Part shown: positions 25,701 through 53,407 of the stretch, in pieces
Layout: every line of letters starts with the position of its first letter
Numbering within the stretch: the first letter of the stretch is position 1
NCBI GenBank assembly: GCA_965637545.1
Contig: OZ281500.1
Location: 12,772,001-12,836,000 of the forward strand
Reading direction: 5' to 3'
DNA length: 64,000 nucleotides
Origin: Phallusia mammillata
Taxonomy: Eukaryota
Made by a program: the position numbers and the translations under genes
The notes under the pieces: model-generated
What the model was told of the DNA's origin: nothing
Databases searched by the model: none
What the model saw: only the letters and a program-made list of their open reading frames with translations

Positions 25701-26465
25701 TATTGATTGATATTTGTGTCGGGATTTTTCCCTCATATTTTTCTCCGTCTGTGTTAAAATTTTGCTCTGCGTTTTTCTATGCTCCTATGCATTATCGTGT
25801 CTTAACATAGCTGCGAATTCTCAAAATTAATTCAACTTTGTTGATTATACATCAGTTGACACCGAAAAACGAAACGCCCTTTCTGCAGTGCCGGAGGGAA
25901 AATTGCTTTATCCGAGGGTACCAAACTGCAACATCTTGAACGTTTGTAAAACTTACTTTTGTGAAAATGCTAATAATTATTACGTTATGTTTCAGAAAGA
26001 CCAACACCATTTTTTAAAACAAGACTATGTTTCATGCTTTTATGAAACACAGTTTACCTGAAAATGGTTTGAACCACACGCAGTTACGGTCTTGCACGAT
26101 TTGTCGAGCATTGGTTCTTCGCCCCAACCACCACGACGAACTTGAATTTGACACATATCCTGCACAAAATACGCAAACATATAATGCTGTTACCAGTGCT
26201 TCCCCGTAAATAAATGTGTCGAGATCATGACATAAACCACACCTGTTCAGGACCGCATACTGTTGCTCGGCCGACTTTAACACATTCTCTTTCACCCAGT
26301 GCATTCGCACATTCCCAACAGATAATGCCTGAAATATAACCAAAAATCAGCCACTGGATCTACTCACACCACGACAAAAACAAGATAACCGAAAACCTGA
26401 AAGTTAAAATTTACAGTAAGCCCGTGATAAAAGTGGGAAACGTAACTAACGACCGTATCTGTCAT
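22709..26465 (-). CDS. Secreted protein: Ly6/uPAR-like + 3 CCP + vWA (paralog B; 5' end unresolved)
   Basis: [15 protein letters not shown]...[13 protein letters not shown]; three CCPs; v[19 protein letters not shown]...GTQTGKAL...[11 protein letters not shown]; C-terminus [14 protein letters not shown]. Exon phases match paralog A, plus a 20-nt micro-exon at 25275-25294. The start codon is only a candidate. Confidence 0.82.
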
Positions 26466-29400
26466 TTTTTGCTGGATAGGCATTCCATTAAAAGTCTCCA
26501 CGCAAGCGTGACGATATTGAGAAATACCCGATCGTTTCGTTTAGTTATTCTACATATATAAAGTAGGCCCGAATGTTCAAAATTTAGATCAGGATTCGTT
26601 TGCTGTTTTGTATATTGTGGATAACTTAAAGGTAAATTTGAAAATATAACCAGGTGAGGCAAATTGGGTGTTGCACACCTGCGCTTGTTTTGGGTGTCAC
26701 CACAGACGGGCGCTTAAAAGCATTACACCTTCGCCCTTTAAGCCAATCGGCGCCCAGTTATGGGATTACTTGGTCTGATAAGCGTTGTCAGGAATGTTAC
26801 CAAACAGTTTTTTTTTTGCATTTTTGTCCATTTTGTGGAGTTTTACTTATACTCAATCAATTTATTTTGCTTTGTTTATAACTGATCGGTTTATTTTTAC
26901 TTCGTATAATAAGTACACTACAAACAAACATTTTTAAGTATATTACTACAGCAACCAACCTGATACAGCTTTATATTGAAGCAATGAACAAATCAAAACT
27001 GCGAAAGTTCTCATGATTCTTTTTCCAATAGTATTTTTTTCTGTCGCTTCAAGTCGCTTTAACGGAGTGCAGGATCAGAGTGACACGACGGATGACAGCA
27101 ACCGTCATTTATAACCTCAAGAGACTTGCTTCACTGCGTTCTAAACATAGCTGTTAAAAAACAATACTAGCAAAAATGCTGTGGCATACACCCACACGAT
27201 CTATTTGGCTCCATACCCATTTGAAAATTAATCTTTACTCCTGGCCGCTCGGTACCATGAGATCAAGTAATGCTCACTTGCGGGTTAAACCGTAATTCGT
27301 ACCTTGTTTTTCTGGTTCGGCAAATTAAATTCTGATTTCAAAAAATCTTACCACAAGCGTTTGACTGATCTTCAGACCTACCTGAGCGGACAAAAAACAA
27401 CACACAAATGCCGCTGCCTCATTGTAACCTATTATTTCAGCCTTTGGAATTTTTTTCGAGAGTCAAGTGTGAAATCCCCATTTTAGACATAAGCGAAAGA
27501 ACAAGAAAGCGGTTGGTTGTGCCGTCATGGATGTCGCGTTATACATACTTTAGATGTCACGGTGTGGCTCAACTTACAGACAGTACTGTTTCTCCATTTA
27601 CCATATGACACGAAACTTGTTAGTGCAAAATTCCAATGTGCATGGTACGTTTTTTTTTAGCTTAATAAACATTATTTTTAAAATTGATGGCATGACTGTT
27701 ACTGTGACCACTAACCATACATTGGATCCAACCGAAAAAAAGTCACGTTCGTGTTGTGCACAAGATTCAGGTTATTACATACGTCACAGGTATGCGAACA
27801 ATTTTGCGTTTTGTACTCGCAAATTTTTGAATTTCTTTTTCAAAACTTGCGTACATTGTTTTTTTACCTCAACGCACGTTTTAGTGTAAATGCGCTCAAA
27901 TCATGCATGATTTGAAGACCCGTTACCTTTTAAGGTGTTTATGTCCGAAATGTTGTCAAGACTCGCCAAAGTTTAGACGTCATAGGCATGTCAGTACGTC
28001 TTAGGTGCAAGTATTTGGCAAACGTTTTTCCCTCTACTGGCAGGTTTCGTGACAGTAACGTAAAAAAATGTCTTTACATTTTCGTTATGTCGGTGTATTT
28101 AATTGATTGTTACAAAACACGATTTTTGGCATATGCACCGAAGAGCACAAATATTTTTCGAGGCACTCAAGCAGGTTACATTTGCTTCGTCTCAGACTCG
28201 GGCTGATTGTTTGTTGTCTGCTCATGTTTTTGCAATGCGCATACTTTGGGTTTACAGTTTTTATCGGCACATTTTATTACATTATTAAGGTCGACTGTGG
28301 AAAAATACAGCAAACAACTGTCACACATTAGTCAGGCATTTTTCATTTTTAAAATGAATTGTCACTTATAACAAGGAAAAGCACTGTTAGTCTACAATGA
28401 AGCATATAGGCTGAAGATTATTTTACACCGCAAACGTAAAAGCATGGAGCCATTAATTAAATATTAAGCTGTTTCGACCCACAAGATGAGATAAGGTCAA
28501 TGATAAGACCCAAAAGGTATAGGACGAAACAGTATGCATGCACTGTTTACAGCTTGTATGTACTTAAAAAAAAACTAAAAAAAAAACTTAAAATTACATT
28601 CTTACTTTTCGGAGTAACCAATTTCTAAACACAAGTCCAGTGTAAAATTCACATAGAGGGCCTTTCAATCCAACTGATTGTCAAGCAAAACAGGCAATGT
28701 ATGTTTTACGCGTAAATGCGGCTTGAACGGCGCGAAATCGACCAAGAACTCGAACTTTGAGGAGTGTTTTACAGCATATAAAATTTTATTTGTCGCAAAA
28801 TTAACACACAACTTCACTGACCAAGAATTAGGGCTATAATAAAACAACATTCATAAAAACTTAGCCCTACACTACGAAATCACATTTTCTGGGTTAGTTG
28901 GTTCGACAGCCCCCATTGGCCCGATCCAGCCCACCAAGGCTCTTCTTTTACTATACTACACGTCAAATCTAAAAAAACTGCTTTGTCGAAACCAAACAAA
29001 ACTAGTGTTCAGGCGCCAAACTTCGTTGTGTCGAGAGTCGGGCCAACGTTGGTCAGGCATCTTGTGCTTTTGAAAAATGATTCTGAACTTGAAACTGAGT
29101 TAAATTTTACCATCAAAATCTAGGGTAAGCAAGGAAAAGTGGTTTCAACTTATACAAAAAGGATGCACAACAGACAATACCCTATATGCTCAAATAACGA
29201 CAAAGAAATTGTAACTTGTGATGCCCTACTACAAGCAAATAGCCATTCTAGTAACAATTGAAGACGTGCCGTGGCGACGCAATAATAACGTCATTTTGAC
29301 GATAAAGAAAAAGAACAACGCTCTGGTGTGATCATGTCAGTCAATTCTTCCTTGTTTCTGACACTCAAGCACTTTTTTTAGCACCACGACATATTCTGAG

Positions 29401-29791
29401 GAGGCGACCTCCCCTTTCCCCTTCACCTCGCCCCTTTGGGTCCCTCACTGACCTCTAGTGGTAAAAAAACATTGGCCGATTTCGCTCAATAATAATTAGT
29501 AAAATCTCGAATCTAAAACCTAAATCGTACATGGACGGAACCGTTCAACCAGAAACAGTTATTGGGACAATTCCCGTGATCTTCAAAACTCGACACAAGG
29601 ATAGCGCTGACGCTTTAAAACAATACAGGTGTACAGGTGTAATTTTGTTGTTGGACGCATTGTCAGTTAATTGGGACTTTCGTGGTTGAAAACTTTCATT
29701 GGCCCACCAAATTGTTAGATATGTCAACTGTTAACCCCACATCAAATGTTAAACCCCACTTTTGGAACGATCGAACAACTCAGTCTAAATG

Positions 29792-30337
29792 AATTCAAAA
29801 CCCAGTGTATAAACCCTAGGCCAAACAGAATCAACCGTACTTGTACACAGTATTTCACAGAATATATATTTCGCCAAAAAGTTTTGGCATCGTCAGTTCT
29901 GTAAGCGAATACAATACTGTTATAAAAGCATAGTAAAACAGTAAAAACAATAAATAAACATCCAGCGCATGATACTACCGCGTGTTCGCTAAATTCGTTT
30001 TCCACGCATTCCCCTCAACCCAATTACTGTCTTATCTTTTTCTGTACCTCCGCTTTTTTTCTGTTTTGCAACACACCTGCAGCATACTTGACAGCCCGAT
30101 AGTAAACAGTGCGGCGTTCACTCTGGAAAGTTTCTTCACCAGTTGCATGTTATTCTGGTAGCTTGTTTTAGTATTTTATTGTTTTTACTGTTTTACTATG
30201 CTTTTATAACAGTATTGTATTCGCTTACAGAACTGACGATGCCAAAACTTTTTGGCGAAATATATATTCTGTGAAATACTGTGTACAAGTACGGTTGATT
30301 CTGTTTGGCCTAGGGTTTATACACTGGGTTTTGAATT
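29792..30337. repeat. Perfect 163-bp inverted repeat with a 220-bp spacer
   Basis: 29792-29954 is the reverse complement of 30175-30337; no mismatch seen by eye. Confidence 0.9.
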
Positions 30338-30965
30338 GTATTGATGTAAGAACAGTAATCACCGGAAAACTGCTACTGTGGGTGGATTTCATTTCAAACT
30401 AGATTTTATTTTTCAGTCTAAATGAATTAACATTTTGCCGGCCAAGGTTATTTCGCAGGAAATTACCGAAACAGGATTGGAACCCACAACTATGTGAGCA
30501 TAAGGCGACTAAGCTATAACACTTGGTGTGGAAAATAAACGTATGTAGACAAAAGTGCATAAAAAACAAGGTAAACGAAAAAGCTTTGATGCTGGTTTCT
30601 TATGAAGACCCTGGTGTCAAACAAATACACAACACAATACATCAAACTCGCCCCATACATTAATTAGAAACAGAAGCAGCCTACTTAACACAAAATCTTT
30701 ACGAAAAAGTAAATATATATAATAACTTAACATGAAAATTTTTCGGTCGTACAATCTCTTACAATCGTATTCCCTTTGTTGTGTTAAAAACGTGTAAAGT
30801 GCGAGCTAAAAACTGAATTATAGCACAAAAACTGTAGACATTGCCGTTAGAGATCATTTAAAAACACTCTTTGGTGAATATGGTGAATAAGTTGTGCGTT
30901 TTTGTTTTGTTTTTTATTCATTTTTAAATTTCGTTCCGTACTGTTTTTAACGAGGTCTTTTAAAG

Positions 30966-31391
30966 CAGATGTCCGCAAATAGTGGGTCGCGACCCAAATT
31001 TGGGTCGCGAGACCTTCCAGTCTGGGTCGCAAAATATTTTAAATTTTCCATGAATATACCTAAGCATCGCATCTATAGTATTAATGAACTTTCAGCTTTT
31101 TTAACCAAATTATTATTGCATTGTTACATATGACTACGTAACTGTTACATGCAGTCTATGTAACAATGCAATAAGTTAAGCGTACCTCCGCAAGTAGTCA
31201 TGCTTTTCTGTTACCATTTTGCTGAATAAATACAAGAAAATAGCAACTGACAAAAGCATAATAGCAGTCTTAGTATTGGTATCTGGTTGATCCGTATTTT
31301 CCACAAACTTACATGCTAACAAAATGCTTGGGTCGCGATAATTTAGAGCAATTTTTTTAGGGTCGCGCCAAAAAGTATTTGCGGACCCCTG
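30966..31391. mobile_element. hAT (Buster/Charlie-type) MITE
   Basis: TIR CAGATGTCCGCAAATA / TATTTGCGGACCCCTG; exact TSD TTTTAAAG; internal gggtcgcga motifs. Confidence 0.85.
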
Positions 31392-32174
31392 TTTTAAAGG
31401 GTGCGGCTGCTGCGTCTAATAATATTATGTCCTTTTTTGTAAAATTTTTGGCGTTGGCTCATTTTCAACCGCGAGGATTTTGCAGCCGTTTCCCGGTTCC
31501 GTGGCGCTAGTGTAGTGTTTCCGTACTGCTATGTACCATTTTCATGCCCGGTTTCCAAATTAATACAATACAATATGTGCTTGGCTTCACTTCACACGCT
31601 GTGATTGGTGTAAAATTTTATGCATGACTGCAAAAAAAATTTATGGGGTAAGTCCCAAAAATTTTTTTGGACCAGATGAGAATATTTCAACTTTCAAGAT
31701 TCAACATATTTCCCAAGGAATAAGGATCAACTCTGATGATGATACAATTAAAATGATTTGTTGTTAACAAGAAACAACCTGTTAAGGGCACACTGGATTG
31801 TTAAGAAGGTTGGTATATAACTGTTGTGAGCAACTTAGGTGTTCATCCAAAGTCAATGTAACGTAAAGTCTTGTAATTTCCTCTTTTGAAATTTCCTTGA
31901 AGGAGCCAGCAGATTAGCTACAAACAGATGAAATCAGGGTGGTGCCTAGTCAAAGTACATTAGAAAAAAATTGTATTATCATTACCTATTGGGGTTGGGT
32001 AAATTTATCAGCTGTAAGAATAACAACAAAACTGTCATGTATTTTCAATTTTAGCGAACAAGTTTCTCAAATGCACATATACGGTACATATGCAAAGAAA
32101 GCTTACTTTATTCCTGAGTTGTTAATTTTTGTCTGGATATAAAAAAGTCAATACAGTGTAAAAAGTACACACAT

Positions 32175-32427
32175 CCAGTCTGCAGAGTGTGGCAGCAGCA
32201 CATGCGATTATTTAAAAAAAAAATTTGAATGCCAATTTTGGAGGGTTGCACGCGGAAATTTCGCACGAAAGGCATTTAATTGTACTGCCTTGACCTCTTT
32301 TACTTGTTTTGCGCCTGCTGAAATTGGCCTTGCACGCGAACTTACGGGTCGTGCATGTGCGCACATGGGACATGTTGGTCCTGCACGCACGAGATCTCGT
32401 CGGGAACTGCCATGTTCTGCAGACTGG
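32175..32427. mobile_element. hAT-like MITE upstream of the USP40 CDS
   Basis: TIR CCAGTCTGCAGA / TCTGCAGACTGG; exact 8-bp TSD ACACACAT. Confidence 0.8.
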
Positions 32428-32797
32428 ACACACATTTTAGCAAAAACTGTTGTCGTAATGTAAAAATGTTTTACACAGCTGTCACTACATAACAGAATGT
32501 GACCTTATATTTTCCTGAAGATTGGCAATGTACACACACTACTACAGAACCTATGCGATTAGCAGGATTTTAAATAAAGCATATTGCCTCTTGTAGTTGA
32601 AATTAAAGTTTGTAGGTGGGACAGATTGTACAATAAGTAAATCTATAGTCCAGCTAACAGGATTACAACATATAGGTGTATCTGATGTGATACCTTTTCA
32701 AATAGTTGTGTTTATTTAAGTTTAAAATGTTTGAATCAAATTGCTACAATTTTGTATTTCCATAAGGGTGGAAACAGAACAGAAGTTTATTACTGGT

Positions 32798-47986
<15,189 letters not shown>

Positions 47987-48688
47987 TGCGAAATATTTTT
48001 TGAATTTGTCTTTGGGTTGATCTGCTAATTGTGTTTTGCAGTTTTTTGTTTGGTACAGTTTGGTGCAATTTTTTTATGCAAAGTGCCATTTTCTATCAAG
48101 TTTCTCCTGACCATATATGTACCCATTTTGACATATGATTTGTGTTAATTAGCTTTGGGGCCAATGATTTAATTAAGTGCTGTGTTTTATTTCTATTTAT
48201 GAAATAAAGTTTTATATCAAAACTTAAAATTCCAACTTTTTTTCTCAATAATAATTTGAAAGAGAAAACAGCAAATACAAACAAGAAAAGACACATTATC
48301 AACCCTGCAAGTTTTATGGATATGTTCTGATCTTGGTAGCGGAAGTTCGTTTAGCAGTGATACTGTAATGATATAACTTTGCATTGATTAATAATATTAA
48401 AAAGTTTCCCGTTTTTTTACATTCATTTGTGGTGTAAGTTGTAACGAAAATATTTAGTAAATTTAGGAAGATTTTCGATCGTTTTCTGTCCCGCCGAGTA
48501 TTACAAAAACGCATTGTGTAGTTACATTTGTGGGATAATTCAAGATCAACATACATTGTGAGGTTCGGTTGTAGGCTACGCGACTACGCGCACGGTAAAA
48601 CTTGTACCACGTACACTTGCTCTACTTTACGACATATGTTGTTTGTTTGTTTGTACAAGGTAAAAGCATTCAAATATAGCAATAACGC

Positions 48689-48892
48689 TATGGGCCACCG
48701 TTCTCGAATAAATTAAGTTGCAGCAAATCATAATCAGCTAACTTGCGACACAAGATATTTAAGTTGCAGCAGATAGCTAACCTGCAACGAAATATAGCTA
48801 AGTTGCGGCAACTTTAGCTAACATGCAACGAAACATAGCTAACTTGCGACAACTTAGCTAACTTCTTAATTTATTCGACAACGGGACCCCAT
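48689..48892. mobile_element. MITE with an internal minisatellite, upstream of HID1
   Basis: ~29-bp imperfect TIR tatgggccaccgttctcgaataaattaag / cttaatttattcgacaacgggaccccata; the interior is short agctaa(c/g)ttgc units. Confidence 0.65.
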
Positions 48893-49123
48893 ATAACACT
48901 ACGATGGTGAAACCTGTAGTGTATTTCAAATTGTACCGTAATCGAATATGAATTGCCCCATGCCATATATGTCTGACACCAGCAGTCGACATGATGAAAA
49001 ATTATTTTTACAGTGTTTAGCGGATTTATTGACTTTTAGCAACATCCTAAACGACAAATAAAGTTCCACTGCCAACGCCCCAAAAATGAAATAACATCTT
49101 GATGCGTTCAAGCGAAACCGAAA

Positions 49124-49131
49124 TGACGTCA
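49124..49131. promoter_or_regulatory. Palindromic CRE (TGACGTCA) near the putative HID1 transcription start
   Basis: Perfect TGACGTCA, followed by a candidate donor at 49160 (gag|gtttgt) and an acceptor at 49973 just upstream of the HID1 ATG. Function is inferred only. Confidence 0.3.
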
Positions 49132-50005
49132 CACTGCAGTGCACTGCAGGAGCCAGGAGGTTTGTGACTTGTGTGTATTTATATGTTCTTGTTCATTCTG
49201 TAATTATGTTGCTTGTTGTAATTTGTAATCTACAGCTGTCAGGTCAGGTTTATGCTCAGTTTTCAGACATTTGTCGCGAGAAATAACTTCATGTATCATT
49301 AACAAAAAGTTAATGCGAGACTTCATTTTACGGGTATTTTTCATTTCAACTTGCCCCTAGAGTGCCTAGACACATTACTTTCTTCCTTTGCTCTCGAAAC
49401 AGCGACATGCGTGGCCGCTAAACTTTCACCTTTCCCAAGCAGTAATCACACTTAGTTGCGTTATGTATCTATAACACGGAACTACAATTGCTTCATTTTT
49501 TGGTGGTTTGCTAGCAAATCGCTACTAGAAGCGTAAAAGTGTGCAATCAGCTTCTGAAATATGCTAGCCTGGTCAAGAACAATAGGCCCGTTTCTTGGTC
49601 TACTTATTCAAACAGGGTGGTCAGTGATCCGTTTAAAGTTAAGTACCACTGCTTTAAAGCATAGAATATTGTGTAATAACTTTTTATTCGTATCGTTTAA
49701 ACTTATAACTATCAGTAAACAAATGAGACTAAAAAAGTTGTGATTCTGATATTTTTGCGGACCAGTCTACTTCTCTAAGGTGACATCTGCGAATATCAAT
49801 ATGAAAAAAAATATAAAATACGCATGTCTGGTCCTGATAGAAGTCAAGTCTTCAAACATTATTCACACTTGTACGGGATTGTCAATCAACTCATGTATGG
49901 AAGGCATTTAAATGTTGCATGGCGTACAGTTAAGTCTCTATCAATGTAACTTTGTCCTTTACCACATCTTTAGGTTTATTTTAATTTTTGAAATCTTTGC
50001 TTGTC

Positions 50006-52357
50006 ATGGGAAACACAGAGACAAAGCTTAATTTTCGCAAGGCTGTAATTCAGCTTACAACACGAATGCAGCCTGTTGAGGTAACAGATGATGCCTTTTG
50101 GGATCAATTTTGGTCAGAGTCTGTTAGCAATGTCCAAGATGTATTTGCTTTGGTACCTGCAGCAGAAATAAGGGCACTGCGTGAAGAATCACCATCGAAT
50201 GTTGCAACACTATGCTACAAAGCTGTGGAAAAATTGGTAACTGCTTCAGAAAGTGGTTGTAATTCTGAAAAGGATCAGCAGATTGTACTCAATTCTTCAA
50301 GATTGTTGACTAGAATTTTACCTTATATTTTTGAAGATCCAGATTGGCAAGGATTTTTTTGGTCAAGTCTTCCTAATCAAACCAGTGATGATAACCAACC
50401 TCAAGCTACTGTACCTCTTGCACAGTCTTTGATAATAGCTATATCCAATCTTCTGTTTTGTCCTGAATTTACAGTGGTATCTCATCACAAGAAAAACACA
50501 CCAGATAAGGCTGAAGATCTGTATAGCGTTGACAGCTGTGAATATATTTGGGAAGCTGGTGTGGGATTTCCTCGATCTCCTCCTGCTTATGGCCACATTG
50601 ACCAAAATCGGACTGAACTGCTAAAACTTCTTCTCACCTGCTTTTCAGAATCAATTTACATGAGTCCTGCTGTGGAGTTAGAAAGAGGAAACAGATGGGT
50701 TGAATGTTTTTGTTCATCCGAGAATCGCCAGGCTCTCCCTTTGTTTACTTCACTGTTAAATATAGTGTGTGCTTATGATCCTGTTGGAATGGGGGTTCCA
50801 TATAACCATCTACTGTTTAATGATTTCAGAGAACCATTATGTGAAATTGCAATTCAGATTTTGATTGTTACTCTGGACCTGGGGGCTTGTTTATCAGATT
50901 CTTCAACTCCGTCGGTTACTCAAGCAAGTTTAGGTTCTCCTTCATCTGTTTCGTCTTTGGGAATTAATGGCTCAAATTTGTTTGTAAATTATCTTTCTCG
51001 TATTCACAGAGATGAAGATTTTTCATTTATTTTGGCCGGCATTTGTCGCCTGTTAAATAATCCACTTCAGCAAACATACCTACCAGGTTCTGTTAAGAAA
51101 ATTGGTTTTCACCAGGAAATGTTGGTGTTCTTTTGGAAACTTTGTGACATTAACAAAAAGTTTTTGTTTTTTGTCCTAAAAAGTAGTGACGTTCTTGATA
51201 TTCTTGTCCCAATATTGTATCACCTAAATGATGCCAGAGCTGATCAGTCACGAATTGGTCTGATACACATTGGTGTTTTTATTTTACTGCTTCTTAGTGG
51301 AGAACGAAACTTTGGGGTTCGCCTCAACAAACCTTTTTCTGCTGCTGCTCCCACTGATGTTCCGGCTTTTGCAGGCACCCATGCTGACTTTTTGATATTG
51401 GTGTTTCATAGAGTTATTACCGCTGGACATCAAAGATTGCAACCTCTTTATGATTGCCTGCTGACCATTGTTGTAAATGTTTCTCCCTATCTGAAATCAT
51501 TATCAATGACAGCTGCATCAAAGTTGTTACACCTGCTTGAGGCATTTAGTACACCTTGGTTTCTATTTTCATCTCCCCATAATCACCATTTGGTGTTTTT
51601 CTTATTGGAAGTTTTCAACAACATAATTCAATACCAATTTGATGGCAACTGCAACCTAATTTATACTATCATAAGAAAAAGACAGGTTTTTCATCAGTTG
51701 GCAAATCTTCCTACAGATGCTGCATCACTGTCTAAAGGCACCACACGAAAGAAAGGAAATCAAAGATTATCCACAAATTTTCCCCAAGAAGAAATAAGTG
51801 ATGTTCTGCCTACTATTGATGGAACACTTAGTGCCTCACTCGCTGCCACTCCAGATTTAGGATACATAACTTCCCAAGTGCACAGTGATACAAATGAACA
51901 TGACCAGTTTGATTCTGAAAGCTCTGAAGTTGAAGCAACAAGAGAGGTTAAAACAAGATATCCAGACAGGGCAGTGGGTCCCAACCCCAGCACCTCACAA
52001 GTGCAAAGTGACTCTGCTGAATGGACACCATCTGCAGAATGGGTACAGTCTTGGAAAGGCAAGCTTCCTTTACAAACCATAATGAGAATGCTGCAAGTAC
52101 TTGTGCCACAGGTGGAAAAAATTTGCATTGACAAAAATCTTACAGATGAGTCCGAAATTCTCAAGTTTTTGCAACACGGAACATTGGTTGGACTACTTCC
52201 TGTGCCACACCCAATCCTAATTCGCAAATACCAAGCAAACACTGGAACTACTTCTTGGTTCCGAACTTACATGTGGGGTGTGATATACCTTCGTAATATT
52301 GATCCACCAATCTGGTACGATACAGATGTGAAGCTGTTTGACATTCAACGTGTATAA
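50006..52357 (+). CDS. HID1: HID1 (Dymeclin family Golgi/dense-core vesicle protein), 783 aa, intronless CDS
   Basis: MGNTETKLNFRKAVIQLTT...FWDQFW...LREESPSNVATLCYKAVEKL; PAFAGTHADFLILVFH; C-terminus RNIDPPIWYDTDVKLFDIQ. Single open ORF with a myristoylation-type MG start. Confidence 0.95.
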   Translation: MGNTETKLNFRKAVIQLTTRMQPVEVTDDAFWDQFWSESVSNVQDVFALVPAAEIRALREESPSNVATLCYKAVEKLVTASESGCNSEKDQQIVLNSSRLLTRILPYIFEDPDWQGFFWSSLPNQTSDDNQPQATVPLAQSLIIAISNLLFCPEFTVVSHHKKNTPDKAEDLYSVDSCEYIWEAGVGFPRSPPAYGHIDQNRTELLKLLLTCFSESIYMSPAVELERGNRWVECFCSSENRQALPLFTSLLNIVCAYDPVGMGVPYNHLLFNDFREPLCEIAIQILIVTLDLGACLSDSSTPSVTQASLGSPSSVSSLGINGSNLFVNYLSRIHRDEDFSFILAGICRLLNNPLQQTYLPGSVKKIGFHQEMLVFFWKLCDINKKFLFFVLKSSDVLDILVPILYHLNDARADQSRIGLIHIGVFILLLLSGERNFGVRLNKPFSAAAPTDVPAFAGTHADFLILVFHRVITAGHQRLQPLYDCLLTIVVNVSPYLKSLSMTAASKLLHLLEAFSTPWFLFSSPHNHHLVFFLLEVFNNIIQYQFDGNCNLIYTIIRKRQVFHQLANLPTDAASLSKGTTRKKGNQRLSTNFPQEEISDVLPTIDGTLSASLAATPDLGYITSQVHSDTNEHDQFDSESSEVEATREVKTRYPDRAVGPNPSTSQVQSDSAEWTPSAEWVQSWKGKLPLQTIMRMLQVLVPQVEKICIDKNLTDESEILKFLQHGTLVGLLPVPHPILIRKYQANTGTTSWFRTYMWGVIYLRNIDPPIWYDTDVKLFDIQRV

Positions 52358-53407
52358 AGTTAAGCAAGTTGTTGTAGAAGAAATAGATTTATGTCGTATA
52401 CACAGTAGTAGTGTATTATTTGTAGTGTTGATGTGTGTTGTACAATTGTGTATGTAAATTCTAAACTTGGCAATTTTTTCTTCAATTGTTAGTTAATATT
52501 ATGTGCTAGTTGTGTGTTTATCTGTGATAACAGCAAAACAAAAATGATCTACAAATTTGTGAGATGGTTAATAATGGCCAGTAGCGACAGGGTTATTTTA
52601 TGACACATTGCTGATAACCAGGCTTTTAAATATTTAATGTGCAATCTGCTTAATTGTGGTTTCATGAATACTTATTTTTTTAATATTCTTTGTAGTGAAT
52701 CATGTTAGTTTGCACAATATGAATCCACAAAATGTCTTGTGTAAATTTTACTTGCAGCATTTTTCAGTAATGGAATGGCTTATGGGGCACAGACCTTTAA
52801 ATAGATTTGACATATTGTATGTTGTGTGCAATAATGTCATGTTATATATTTGATATTTGCAAAACATGTTACTTATTGTTCTCAAACTTAACAGACCCAA
52901 ACATTTATATTTGTTGTCTTATTCATTTTATGTTGCACAAATGAACTTTGCGTAATATTTTTTGTGTTTTAAATGTTTAACAAATTTTGTAAATCCTTCT
53001 ATCATTGCTTACATGAACTTCTGGGGCATAATTCTAGATGCATTAATATTTTGGCAAACAAATTCTTTGGATTGAATTGTCATATTTTTAGTGTAGATGT
53101 TTTTTAATGTCCAGTGCAAATGCTGTTTTCTAGGTCCAATCATTAAGGTTTGTGTAAAAATTGTGATTGGAGTGAACTGAACTAAACTGTCCATGAAGGC
53201 CCCAAAGGACAGCATTGTATGAAAGGTACTAAACCATGTTTAGAGTTGCATTGATCACAACACACCCATATAATTGAAATCAGTGTTTTTGTTACATTCG
53301 CACCCTATTAATTTTAAAAGAAATAATTGCATTAACAACCATGGTGACAATTAGTTACTTGGTGGATGTCTGTAAACCAATTTTTGTTATTGTAGATTTT
53401 TAAAATA

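Noticed and set aside
14848-26465. Naming the pair complement factor B/C2
   Set aside because: No serine protease domain, an extra N-terminal domain, and orthology untested.
51760-52242. 160-aa minus-strand ORF
   Set aside because: Antisense shadow of HID1.
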